DNA of 64,000 nt from Patescibacteria group bacterium (GTDB taxonomy: Bacteria; Patescibacteriota; Microgenomatia; UBA8517): the NCBI GenBank assembly GCA_036835125.1, contig DAITMO010000001.1, positions 57,444 to 121,443 on the forward strand, given 5' to 3'. How positions within the stretch are numbered: the first letter of the stretch is position 1; every line of letters begins with the position of its first letter. A program made the position numbers and the translations under genes. Of the stretch, positions 28,519 to 37,712 are shown piece after piece. The notes under the pieces are model-generated. The model saw only the letters and a list, made by a program, of their open reading frames with translations, did not search any database and was not told where the DNA came from.

Positions 28519-28600
28519 GGTAGGTGGGCAGGACGGTAATGCGCGAGTCTTGAAAACTCGTGAGCGCAAGCTCTAACAGGTTCGACCCCTGTACCTACCG
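28519..28600 (+). tRNA. tRNA-Ser(UGA)
   Basis: Acceptor GGUAGGU/ACCUACC, anticodon loop CUUGAAA, long variable arm, discriminator G. Confidence 0.85.
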
Positions 28601-28642
28601 CATTTGACTTAATCTTGTTGATTCTTTATAATCGAGACCGAA

Positions 28643-28852
28643 ATGAAAATAGAAATACTTCAAAGGAAACCAGGAATTCGAACACTTGTGTGTCCACTAA
28701 ATGAAAAGAGTAAACCTGGACCAATAACAAAACACGGCCTTTATCCAGATTATATATTAACAGATGAAGATATAAGATTGTTTGAAAAACTAGCTCCTCT
28801 TCCTAAGCCAACAAGACAACACTTGGGAACCAAATCACATCGTAATGGTTAA
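28643..28852 (+). CDS. Hypothetical small protein
   Basis: 69-aa ORF only. Weak evidence. Confidence 0.25.
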   Translation: MKIEILQRKPGIRTLVCPLNEKSKPGPITKHGLYPDYILTDEDIRLFEKLAPLPKPTRQHLGTKSHRNG

Positions 28853-29539
28853 CCCCCAAACTTTTTTAACTCCCCCTTCTTTTAATACTTTAGTTGCTTC
28901 AAATAATGTTGAACCTGTTGTAAAAACATCATCAAACAATAATACTGAATTTGGTATTTCTATATTTGGATTTATCCCAAAAGATCCTTTTAAATTCTTT
29001 TGTCTTTTTTCTTTTGAGAGTTCAGCTTGTGGAACTGTTTGAATCTTTTTTATTAACAGATCAGTCATAAATTTTAACCGCAAATTTTCCGCAATATTAC
29101 CGCCAAGTTCAATTGATTGATTAAATCCTCTGGTATTTTGCTTATGCCAATAAATTGGAATAGGAACTAAATTGTATACAGAAGGTAATGTCAACTTCCT
29201 AAGTGAGGCTATTGTATATTCGGATATTTCTTTGCCTATTTCTGTAGCATATTTATATTTCAAGGCTAAAATTGCTTTTCTGATTACCCCTTTGTACTTC
29301 CAAATGGAAATTAAACCGTCTAGCCCATACTCTTTTTGACAATTCTCATGCGTTACACCGTTTATTGAAAAATGTCTACAGTATGGGCAAATAGTGTTTG
29401 CTTTTGAAACTTTACTAATACAATCCTCGCAAATATATTTCCCCTCTTTCCCACACTCAAGACACATTTTTGGGAAAATAAGATCAAAAAGTCCCATATA
29501 GGATATAATTGATTCTAATACAATGAATATTTCAAACAA
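28835..29539 (-). CDS. comFC: ComF family protein (double zinc ribbon plus phosphoribosyltransferase domain)
   Basis: 234 aa. N-terminal CxxC...CxxC pairs and the PRTase motif LLFDDVFTTGST. Confidence 0.75.
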   Translation of the reverse strand: MFEIFIVLESIISYMGLFDLIFPKMCLECGKEGKYICEDCISKVSKANTICPYCRHFSINGVTHENCQKEYGLDGLISIWKYKGVIRKAILALKYKYATEIGKEISEYTIASLRKLTLPSVYNLVPIPIYWHKQNTRGFNQSIELGGNIAENLRLKFMTDLLIKKIQTVPQAELSKEKRQKNLKGSFGINPNIEIPNSVLLFDDVFTTGSTLFEATKVLKEGGVKKVWGLTITM

Positions 29540-29957
29540 AAAAGCAAAATTTGAATATGAACTTATGGGTGAAGGGGTTGAGGCAGGTCTTTCTCTTTTG
29601 GGAGCTGAGGCAAAGTCGGTCCGTGAAGGAAGAGCTGATATATCTCAATCTGCAGTGAGAGTATTAAAAGATGAAGTGTACCTTATTAATGCAAACATTC
29701 CTGCAAAGGGTTTACAAAACTACAATTCCACCCGTGCAAGAAAATTACTTTTACATAGAAGTGAAATATTGTCACTCATTACAAAAATGAAGCAGGGAAA
29801 ATTGCAAATTGTGCCCATGAGGATATATAATAAAGGCCGCATAATTAAGCTCTATCTCGAGCTTGGAAAGAGTAAACACAAGTTCGAAAAAAGAGAATCA
29901 ATTAAGCGTCACGACATAAATCGTGATATTGAACGCGAATTTAAGGGAAAACTTTAA
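29523..29957 (+). CDS. smpB: SsrA-binding protein
   Basis: 144 aa matching SmpB (KAKFEYEL...GLSLLGAEAKSVREGRADISQS). A tmRNA follows immediately. Confidence 0.9.
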   Translation: MNISNKKAKFEYELMGEGVEAGLSLLGAEAKSVREGRADISQSAVRVLKDEVYLINANIPAKGLQNYNSTRARKLLLHRSEILSLITKMKQGKLQIVPMRIYNKGRIIKLYLELGKSKHKFEKRESIKRHDINRDIEREFKGKL

Positions 29958-29966
29958 ATTCACCAA

Positions 29967-30368
29967 GGGGACGATCGGTCTCGACGGAGAGCTCTTTACA
30001 ATACTGCAAGCAGACTTTAATTCTAAGTCTTTGATTAGAATTAAAAAATATAAGAGAAAGCTAAAAACTTCTCTGCAGGACTTGCATCATTATTTGGTGT
30101 AAATTCTGTTCAACCTATGTACGCACAAGCGTTTGCATAAGTTGCATCCTGAGATTTGAATCTCGATTGAATCAAAAGGGTGTTAACCAATTCGGGATAT
30201 AACTATCAGTTTATGATTAAAAGCTGATAGCTGAAACTAAATTAATCTTACTTTTGATTGTCCGTAGATCGGCTTAAGTTAAAAGGAAATAAAAATTGGT
30301 CTAACAAGCTTGTAGAAGTATTATAGAAAGTATTTTCGGACGCGGGTTCGATTCCCGCCGTCTCCACC
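29967..30368 (+). ncRNA. ssrA: tmRNA (SsrA)
   Basis: 5' GGGGACG pairs with 3' CGUCUCC-A-CC, giving a G3:U70 alanine identity. The 3' T-arm is GCGGGUUCGAUUCCCGC. The internal tag reading frame runs 30054..30140 and ends YAQAFA-UAA. Confidence 0.8.
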
Positions 30369-32254
30369 TATTTTAGTTCAATTGATAGTAGTTTTTCTCC
30401 TGTTAAAAGGATTATTTTCTTTTCAGATTCTGAAACAACTATCTTTGTTGCATTTGCTATTTGGTCTCCCAAATATTGGGCTTTATATTTTCCATTTTTA
30501 TCAATAACCACAACTCTCTTTCCTGCTTTATCAAGAAGATATACGTTTTCATTATCTGGATCAGCATTTATTGCGTCCACATTTCCTATTTCAGGACTAA
30601 CTCCCGAAAGATAAAAATTCTGAGGAGACCCTAGACTGTATTTCAAAATCTTTGAATTTGGATACAAAACATATATTGATCCATTCATTCCCCACTCTAA
30701 AGCATTTGAAAAGTCTGCTTTTGTTGAGGAAGATAACCAGTTTTGTTGAGTTCCAAAATTACTTCCTGATTCACCTGCATATCTATAGATTTGGCCTCCT
30801 GATTTATCTAATACATATAGATTTCCAGCAAAAGAATGAATTAGTGCCTCACCTCCCCAAGTTTTCTCTATTACTTTTACCTTTGTTGAATCAACCTCAT
30901 AAATTCCGTCATTAAGAAGTAAAAACACTGTGTCTTCGTATGCCGCTAAATCTATTGGATTTTCTATTACAGTTGGACCTGTAACAACTTTGCTTTTTTT
31001 ATTGCTCATTTCTATTGTTACAACCCTTGATCCGTTTTTATCCAAAACATATATTAATCCACCCGAATAGGCTACAGCATCACCTTTAAAACCTGAGGAA
31101 AGAAGAGAAAGGTCCAAGAAAAGTTCTGGTGTAACTACATATTCCCCCAAAACCGCGGCCCTGCTGTCAGATATTTTTTGAGCAAGTTCGGTAACCTTAG
31201 GGTCTTTCACTTTTAAAGCCTCAATTTGGGCAAGTTTATTCTCACTATTTAAAAACAAACTTCTTGATTCTTCAGGGTTAATACTAGCAAGATTTATTGC
31301 TTGATCAATTTCATTTTGTGCTTCAATTAATAGTCCTTGATATTGGTGCTTTAGTTCATTCTTTTTCTTTTGTCCAATTCCAAAACCAACACTGACTACT
31401 AAAATAATTAAAAGAATTATTCCAACTGAAAGAGTCATTTTTCTTCCTTGAGAAACAGCTTCATCCTGCATTCCCTGCCTTATATAAATATTTCTTTTTG
31501 GAAGTTTTGAGCTTATTTTTCTTAATAAAGTTAGAGCTTTGTCTTTTATTTCTATTTTTGATGTCTGAGAATACCCATCTGGATTAGAAGGAATGGGAGA
31601 GTTTGTTGGAATCTCTTGGGGTGATGAAATTATACTTTCCTCTTTAAAAGAAATAATCATGGCTCCAGTGTTTGACTTTTCCTCACCTTCATATATTAGG
31701 GGTGTCAAGCTTTCAACCATTGCGTCCAAATTTGCTTCAATAGAACTTCTTTTCAAATCTTCACCCCCAACTTTTTCAAAAAATTCCTTTGTGCCCACAA
31801 CTATTACATCTCCATTTTTCGGAAAACCTGATGCTGTTATTACCTCATTTCCACTTTCTAGAATGGATGCAGTTGACCCTCCTCTAATAATCTGTGTTTT
31901 TACTCCTCCAAAGGCTGCTGAATAAACAACGTTTTCTGAATACACACAACACCCAATTTCCAAACCAGATTCATTAGTGTTAAATTCTTCAACAACCTTT
32001 TGAACTGCAGCTTTTAGTGCATCAAACGGCTTTTCTGAAGAACTGTTGTAATAGGCCTCACGAATTTGTACTGCAATTTCTCTTTCAAAAGTAATTGCTT
32101 CAACTCCTTCTTTACCATTTTTCATAGCTATTATTGCAAATAGCTGACCACGCAGTTTATGAGCATCGTTTTCTGAAGGACTAAAACCGTGAACCTGTAC
32201 CCAACCTGAAGCTCCGGGCGAAACAGTGACTTTTGCACTAGTTATTCTTAACAT
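30368..32254 (-). CDS. Membrane-anchored protein with a C-terminal NHL/beta-propeller-like repeat domain
   Basis: 628 aa with a central TM helix. The C-terminus carries repeated YVLDK..G..Y and VYLLDKAGKRVVVID units. Confidence 0.45.
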   Translation of the reverse strand: MLRITSAKVTVSPGASGWVQVHGFSPSENDAHKLRGQLFAIIAMKNGKEGVEAITFEREIAVQIREAYYNSSSEKPFDALKAAVQKVVEEFNTNESGLEIGCCVYSENVVYSAAFGGVKTQIIRGGSTASILESGNEVITASGFPKNGDVIVVGTKEFFEKVGGEDLKRSSIEANLDAMVESLTPLIYEGEEKSNTGAMIISFKEESIISSPQEIPTNSPIPSNPDGYSQTSKIEIKDKALTLLRKISSKLPKRNIYIRQGMQDEAVSQGRKMTLSVGIILLIILVVSVGFGIGQKKKNELKHQYQGLLIEAQNEIDQAINLASINPEESRSLFLNSENKLAQIEALKVKDPKVTELAQKISDSRAAVLGEYVVTPELFLDLSLLSSGFKGDAVAYSGGLIYVLDKNGSRVVTIEMSNKKSKVVTGPTVIENPIDLAAYEDTVFLLLNDGIYEVDSTKVKVIEKTWGGEALIHSFAGNLYVLDKSGGQIYRYAGESGSNFGTQQNWLSSSTKADFSNALEWGMNGSIYVLYPNSKILKYSLGSPQNFYLSGVSPEIGNVDAINADPDNENVYLLDKAGKRVVVIDKNGKYKAQYLGDQIANATKIVVSESEKKIILLTGEKLLSIELK

Positions 32255-32257
32255 CGG

Positions 32258-32482
32258 CTAAAGAACGCTTAAAGCTAAAACAAAAACAAAGATTGCAAAT
32301 GCTAAATGGAAAAATGACAAAAACTTGACCAGAGGTTCAAATCCTAAAGTTAAAGTGTCTGTCATCACCTTTACCTGACGCCTTATGACAAAGGCAAAAA
32401 TTACATAAATTCCCAAGACAACTAGGGAAAGAATTTTTATAATTATAAAAAAATCAAAATTTAATATATCAAATCCTTGCAT
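32258..32482 (-). CDS. Hypothetical small membrane protein
   Basis: 74 aa with two TM helices. Confidence 0.3.
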   Translation of the reverse strand: MQGFDILNFDFFIIIKILSLVVLGIYVIFAFVIRRQVKVMTDTLTLGFEPLVKFLSFFHLAFAIFVFVLALSVL

Positions 32483-32490
32483 ATAATTAT

Positions 32491-33123
32491 TTATACGTTT
32501 TTCCTTAAATCATCCAAGACATCGGCAACTTTTTCAGGATTTGGAACTCTATGAAAATCCAATTCCTGTTGTTCAGATGCTGTTTGAACAAGTACACTTC
32601 CAAAATTAAATATTGTTCCAATTGGGCCACTTGTTGAATATGTGACATCCTGAATTTTATCTATTTCAGCATCAGATACTCTTTTGTTTATAAGATTAAA
32701 GAAATCTATATCAATTATTCTTCTTGTGGTTACAAAAAATACATTGAAATACCATTTAAAGAAACCTTCCATTGCATATGCAAAGGTTACTAAATACCAG
32801 GTAAGTTTTATTACAAGTTGAAATCCTGAAGGCAATAAGTTCAAAAGTCCTGTTTTCTCAAACATTCCTGGAGTAATAAATAAAATAATACTTAACAAAA
32901 CCCATCCCAAATTTGTAATTGGGTGTTGTCTAAGCATCAATATAATTTTTTCATCATCATCTTGAGTCTCAAAGTTAATCTTTTTTGGAAAATATCTAAA
33001 TGAAGAAAGCGTTCCTCCACTTCCATATCCAGGCAAATGTGGGATTTTTCTATCAGGAAGAGTGTGGTGACCTTCTACACTTTTCTTTTCTTTTTTTTCT
33101 GGAGAAACAAATATGTCTGGCAT
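32491..33123 (-). CDS. Membrane protein with a bacterial PH-like (YdbS/YdbT, DUF304-like) domain
   Basis: 210 aa with two TM helices followed by a PH-like beta-rich region. Confidence 0.4.
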   Translation of the reverse strand: MPDIFVSPEKKEKKSVEGHHTLPDRKIPHLPGYGSGGTLSSFRYFPKKINFETQDDDEKIILMLRQHPITNLGWVLLSIILFITPGMFEKTGLLNLLPSGFQLVIKLTWYLVTFAYAMEGFFKWYFNVFFVTTRRIIDIDFFNLINKRVSDAEIDKIQDVTYSTSGPIGTIFNFGSVLVQTASEQQELDFHRVPNPEKVADVLDDLRKNV

Positions 33124-33138
33124 TCTGCCACTATTATA

Positions 33139-34851
33139 CTATTTCTTCTCAATATTAAAAAATGCAAAACCTTTCTGAGGAATCATTAAATATCCTGGAG
33201 CACGAAGATTAAACGCTTGTTTAAATAAATCACCAGATATATGAATTGAGCCATTAATTATTACTTCATTTGTTGTCCCTGTTCCTTGAATTACCGACAC
33301 ACTTGTTACCGAATTTACCCCTCCCTTACTCCTTAATTCACCATAACTATATGGATTACCACCCCAACATGAAGTGGAAGTCGAAGTCACCCTATCATCA
33401 GATCCACTTTGTAAAACAATTGCGGCGTTAACTATGTCTGTAAATTCTTCATTGTTTAACCAAGGGTCCCCTTGTCCACATGTATCTCCACTTGATGAAT
33501 ATCCTTTTCTATACCAAGCTTTATATGCCCAAGGAGATCCTCCAATTTTTTCATAACTTTTGTCAAAGAAGTTTGTCCCACCTGATCCATCAGTTGTGTC
33601 CCAACCTGAAGTTGTTGAATACCCACCAGAAGTAGATGAATAATATGTCACTACATCCTCCAACACTTCTCCTTTAGTTTGATCAACTGCTTGTTTCCAT
33701 GCTGATGGTGGATTGTCAGATTTAGATTTGTTAAAAACTTGGCAACTTTCCGTTGTACATATCGTTTTTCCTTCAACCTTATATCTATAAGCGTATGTTC
33801 TAGCAGCTACAGCTTGTGCTTTCAAAGCTTCTGTGTTCCAACTTGAGGGCATTTCTGCAATTCCATAAAGATATGTTGTTTCAAAATCAATGGATCCATA
33901 TCCTGAAACACTAATACTTCCCCCTGTGTCTTTCCCAACAGGTTCTTTACCATAGTACGCTTTCAAGATTTGTTTGTAGTTTTGTCCGCTTTGTGCCCTA
34001 CCCCTTGCCCCGTACTGACTCATTCCTTTTCTATGGGTATATGCTCCGAATGAAAAAACAGCAAATGATCCTGAGGGGGCTGACTCTCTAAAACCTTTAA
34101 TGGAAGCATTATAATCGTCTGCCAGTTCACTATCTCCAACACTTGCTATAAAGCTTCCACTTTTGGCGTTCAATATTTCTTGTTGTTTAGAAGAAACCGC
34201 AGAAAGGTATGAATCAACTTTAGCAACCTCTCCTTCTAAAAACTTTGCATCTTCAGTTACTTTCTTTTGAAGAGAAGCAAGGGAAACTTTATTTTTTTCA
34301 AGATTTTCTTTGTCTGTTTTAAGTGATAGTAAATCTGCTGCATATTCTTCTAATGTTTTTCTATCAGAATCTGCTGCACGCTGTCTTAAACTAATTTCTT
34401 GGAAAGCTTGTGAAGCATTGTCTGAAAAAAGAAATGGAGTAATTGGATCATATAGTCTTAAGAAGGTATATTGGTCACGGGCTTTTTGATCAAAAAGGAT
34501 TTTTGTATATGCGAGGTCTTTTTCTCTTTCCTTCATTTCTATCTCTGTTACTTTTAATTGATTAGAAATTGAAGTTATTCTCTGATTCAAACTATTAATC
34601 TGACTTTTAAGGTTTGCTAGATTTGCTTTATTTTTTTCTTGTGCAGGAGCATAGGCGGCTGCAATTCTTGGAAGGATGGTATTTATACACTCATCCATTT
34701 CGTTTGTAGATAATTGACTTGGACTTTTATTTAAACAATCTGATTCTGTAACTGCAAAAATATCTGTTGTTTTAACAAAAGAAAAAATAAGTACAAATAA
34801 GGCTATCAAAAAACTAAGTATTATTTTCTTTTTTAGAGGAGGCATAACCAT
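33139..34851 (-). CDS. SpoIID/LytB-domain protein with an N-terminal signal anchor and long coiled coil
   Basis: 570 aa. The SpoIID signature MPSSWNTEALKAQAVAARTYAYRY follows about 250 aa of heptad-rich sequence. Confidence 0.65.
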   Translation of the reverse strand: MVMPPLKKKIILSFLIALFVLIFSFVKTTDIFAVTESDCLNKSPSQLSTNEMDECINTILPRIAAAYAPAQEKNKANLANLKSQINSLNQRITSISNQLKVTEIEMKEREKDLAYTKILFDQKARDQYTFLRLYDPITPFLFSDNASQAFQEISLRQRAADSDRKTLEEYAADLLSLKTDKENLEKNKVSLASLQKKVTEDAKFLEGEVAKVDSYLSAVSSKQQEILNAKSGSFIASVGDSELADDYNASIKGFRESAPSGSFAVFSFGAYTHRKGMSQYGARGRAQSGQNYKQILKAYYGKEPVGKDTGGSISVSGYGSIDFETTYLYGIAEMPSSWNTEALKAQAVAARTYAYRYKVEGKTICTTESCQVFNKSKSDNPPSAWKQAVDQTKGEVLEDVVTYYSSTSGGYSTTSGWDTTDGSGGTNFFDKSYEKIGGSPWAYKAWYRKGYSSSGDTCGQGDPWLNNEEFTDIVNAAIVLQSGSDDRVTSTSTSCWGGNPYSYGELRSKGGVNSVTSVSVIQGTGTTNEVIINGSIHISGDLFKQAFNLRAPGYLMIPQKGFAFFNIEKK

Positions 34852-34912
34852 ACAAATCTATTGTACCATCCCCCATCTTTTACTTTTACTGTATTTACTC
34901 TAAAATAAAGGT

Positions 34913-35530
34913 GTGAAAAAGTTTTTGACTACATTGTCTACATTTTCTTTATTTATTGTATCTATTATATTTTTATTTTCTTTTTTTACAGAAAAGGCTT
35001 TGTCTCAATCACCCATTAAATGTGGTTACTTAGATGAACCTTGTTGTGATTTTGCTGGTTCAACTTTATCTTGTGATACTGGATTAGTTTGTTTAAATGG
35101 ATCTTGTGTATCAGATGGGACTATAGAGAACCCGCCAACGAGAACAGAAGTGTTGAATGAGTCTAATTATACACCTGGTGAAGGAATAGCCCCTTCAACA
35201 AATAATAAGAATCAAAATATATTATGTGATGGATCAACGGGAATAAGCACGGCGATTGGTTGTATTCATGCACTTGGAGATGAAAATGCTTTCTTAAATG
35301 ATTTGTTAAAGTGGGCTGTGGGTATTGGTAGTGGAATTGCGTTTGTACTTATGCTTGTGGCTGGTTTTATGATAATGACAGCACAAGGAAATCCAGAGAG
35401 ATTAAAGGCTGGACAAGAACTATTGACCTCTGCGATAGCAGGCTTAATACTTTTGATCTTTTCAGTGTTTATACTCAAATTTATTGGAATTGATATACTA
35501 GGTTTAGGAAAATTTGGTTTTGGAAAATAG
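34913..35530 (+). CDS. Secreted Cys-rich protein with a C-terminal VirB2/TrbC-like two-helix pilin module
   Basis: 205 aa. Signal peptide, then a PCC-containing Cys-rich domain, then the hydrophobic-GxxPERLK-hydrophobic module shared with the seven downstream paralogs. Confidence 0.5.
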   Translation: MKKFLTTLSTFSLFIVSIIFLFSFFTEKALSQSPIKCGYLDEPCCDFAGSTLSCDTGLVCLNGSCVSDGTIENPPTRTEVLNESNYTPGEGIAPSTNNKNQNILCDGSTGISTAIGCIHALGDENAFLNDLLKWAVGIGSGIAFVLMLVAGFMIMTAQGNPERLKAGQELLTSAIAGLILLIFSVFILKFIGIDILGLGKFGFGK

Positions 35531-35887
35531 ATGAATAAACTATTAACGCAAGTAAATTTTGATAAATTACAAGTACCTGCCGAGGGTGGATTAATTGGAA
35601 ATGCAAATAGTGGAAGTCTTAAATTTGGAGACATAATTGGACAAATATTTTCCACATATATATTCTATGCCGCAGGAATTGCTCTTTTAATATATTTAAT
35701 AATTGGTGGTTTTCAGTTTATGCTTTCAAGGGGAGATCCAAAGGCCACTCAAGCAGCACAGGCTAGAATTAGCAATGCCGTTATTGGTTTTATAATTATT
35801 TTTCTTGCCTTTATAATTGTTCAACTTGTGGGACAATTGTTTGGACTTAGTGGTACTATTTTTGGAGAAATTTTTAAACAACAATGA
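35531..35887 (+). CDS. VirB2/TrbC-like small two-helix membrane protein, paralog 1
   Basis: 118 aa with a variable N-terminus, then TM1-GGFxFMLSRGDPKATQAAQARI-TM2. Confidence 0.5.
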   Translation: MNKLLTQVNFDKLQVPAEGGLIGNANSGSLKFGDIIGQIFSTYIFYAAGIALLIYLIIGGFQFMLSRGDPKATQAAQARISNAVIGFIIIFLAFIIVQLVGQLFGLSGTIFGEIFKQQ

Positions 35888-36216
35888 AACACTTAACTGC
35901 AGCGTTTGATATAGGTTCAAAGTTTTTTGGAGAAAATTCAAATAATCCTTTGGCAAAAGGTGATGTTACTGGAGTTGGAAATGTTGTTTCTTTGTTTTTG
36001 AACATCGCATTTGTTCTTGCAGGGCTTATTCTTCTCTTTTTTTTCATTTTAGGAGGAATTGGTCTTATTGGTAGTGCAGGTAAAGAAGATCCTCAAAAAA
36101 ATGAACAATCAAAAAAAACAATTACTTCAGCAATAATTGGATTTGTTATTGTGTTTGCATCCTATTGGATAGTAAAATTAATAGGTCAACTCTTAGGAAT
36201 TGAGGGACTAATATAA
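35884..36216 (+). CDS. VirB2/TrbC-like small two-helix membrane protein, paralog 2
   Basis: 110 aa with the same TM1-GGIGLIGSAGKEDPQK-TM2 module. Overlaps the upstream gene by 4 nt. Confidence 0.5.
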   Translation: MKHLTAAFDIGSKFFGENSNNPLAKGDVTGVGNVVSLFLNIAFVLAGLILLFFFILGGIGLIGSAGKEDPQKNEQSKKTITSAIIGFVIVFASYWIVKLIGQLLGIEGLI

Positions 36217-36219
36217 AAT

Positions 36220-36573
36220 ATGAAACTTTTAGCAGCTGAAATAAATCCGTTTGGAACAATTGAAGCGCCTGAAGCTGTAGCTAAATATGCAGACACTCCC
36301 GCTAAAGGCATTGGAAATCTTATTCAAACAGTTGTTTGGGTTCTAATAATAGGAGCTGGACTTTATTCCCTCATTAATTTTGTTTTAGCAGGGTATGCAT
36401 TTCTTTCAGCAGGAGATGATCCAAAGAAAGTTGCAGGGGCTTGGGCAAAGATATGGCAAACAGCTCTTGGTTTAGCAGTTGCTGCAGGTGCCTTTGTTCT
36501 AGCAGCAATATTTGGAGCCTTAATTTTTGGAAAATGGGATTTTATTATTAACCCAACAATACCTACTTTATGA
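36220..36573 (+). CDS. VirB2/TrbC-like small two-helix membrane protein, paralog 3
   Basis: 117 aa with the module ...AGYAFLSAGDDPKKVAGAWAK... Confidence 0.5.
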   Translation: MKLLAAEINPFGTIEAPEAVAKYADTPAKGIGNLIQTVVWVLIIGAGLYSLINFVLAGYAFLSAGDDPKKVAGAWAKIWQTALGLAVAAGAFVLAAIFGALIFGKWDFIINPTIPTL

Positions 36574-36956
36574 AAAATAATTTAGCAGAAAATATTCAAA
36601 TAGCACCTGAGGGTGGTTTTAAAGGTTTTGGGAAATTGGGACTCGATGACTCTTTAGGAGCTTATGGTGCAGGAGTTACTTTTAATAAATTCATTTCAAC
36701 AACTATTGGGGTAATGACCATCGTTGCCTTTGTGTGGTTTTTGATTCAGATTTTTGTAGGAGCCATAGCGATTTCAACGGCAGGAGGGGATAAACAAAAG
36801 ATGCAAGAGGCTAAATCTAAGCTTTCATCATCAATTATCGGTCTTGTTGTAGTGGTAGCTGCAATTTTCTTAATAGAGATTGTTGGCAGTATTCTAGGCA
36901 TTGAAGACATTTTAAATCCGGCTATTCTCATACAAAATATAATAAATAAACAATAA
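36570..36956 (+). CDS. VirB2/TrbC-like small two-helix membrane protein, paralog 4
   Basis: 128 aa with the module ...GAIAISTAGGDKQKMQEAKSK... Confidence 0.5.
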   Translation: MKNNLAENIQIAPEGGFKGFGKLGLDDSLGAYGAGVTFNKFISTTIGVMTIVAFVWFLIQIFVGAIAISTAGGDKQKMQEAKSKLSSSIIGLVVVVAAIFLIEIVGSILGIEDILNPAILIQNIINKQ

Positions 36957-37318
36957 TGTTAAATTTTTTAGCACAAGGTGTACCAGAGCCAAAAGGTGGT
37001 ATTAGCAATCCAGCACTTGGCGATAAATACATGAACACCTCCGGAATAAATTTTTTCAAGTTGTTGATTCCTCGCTTGGTTACCGTAGTTTTAATCATAG
37101 GGTCTTTGATCTTTTTTTTCACTCTCATTACCGGAGCTATTCAATGGATGTCTTCAGGTGGAGACAAACAAGCTTTGGAAACAGCTAGAGGGAAAATTAC
37201 TCAGGCACTAATAGGTATAGTGATACTTTTCGTTTCATTTGCCATAGTAAAACTTATAGAACATTTTTTTGGGATATCAATATTGACTCTTGACATAGGA
37301 AGTCTCGTCATTCAATAA
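36956..37318 (+). CDS. VirB2/TrbC-like small two-helix membrane protein, paralog 5
   Basis: 120 aa with the module ...GAIQWMSSGGDKQALETARGK... Confidence 0.5.
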   Translation: MLNFLAQGVPEPKGGISNPALGDKYMNTSGINFFKLLIPRLVTVVLIIGSLIFFFTLITGAIQWMSSGGDKQALETARGKITQALIGIVILFVSFAIVKLIEHFFGISILTLDIGSLVIQ

Positions 37319-37333
37319 TACTAATTACATATT

Positions 37334-37669
37334 ATGAAATTACTTGCAGACACTGCAAATACGATTAATTTGCAACCAACTGATGACAAGTTTAAAGTGT
37401 TGGGAGATCTTACTTTTCCATCGATTATTTCAGCTGGAATTAGGCTTGTTGTTGTAATAGCTGCTATTGTTTTCTTTTTTATTTTAGTCATCGGAGGAAT
37501 CAGATGGATTGTATCAGGTGGTGATAAAGCTCAAACAGAAGCTGCAAGAAACCAAATAACTTCAGCTTTAGTTGGTCTTGTAATAGTATTTGCAGCTTGG
37601 GCAATTGTTGCTTTAATAAATGTATTCTTTAAGGTAGACATCTTCTCTCTTGCTATTCCATCAGTTTAA
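37334..37669 (+). CDS. VirB2/TrbC-like small two-helix membrane protein, paralog 6
   Basis: 111 aa with the module ...GGIRWIVSGGDKAQTEAARNQ... Confidence 0.5.
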   Translation: MKLLADTANTINLQPTDDKFKVLGDLTFPSIISAGIRLVVVIAAIVFFFILVIGGIRWIVSGGDKAQTEAARNQITSALVGLVIVFAAWAIVALINVFFKVDIFSLAIPSV

Positions 37670-37712
37670 GTTTCCTCTTTTCCTTTTTGTTTGCTTATCA
37701 TAAAATGTTGTT

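Noticed and set aside
35266-37128. Minus-strand ORFs inside the pilin-like array (35266..35655, 35726..35956, 36746..36931, 36928..37128)
   Set aside because: They lie antisense to a coherent series of eight co-oriented paralogous genes. Compositionally biased shadow ORFs.
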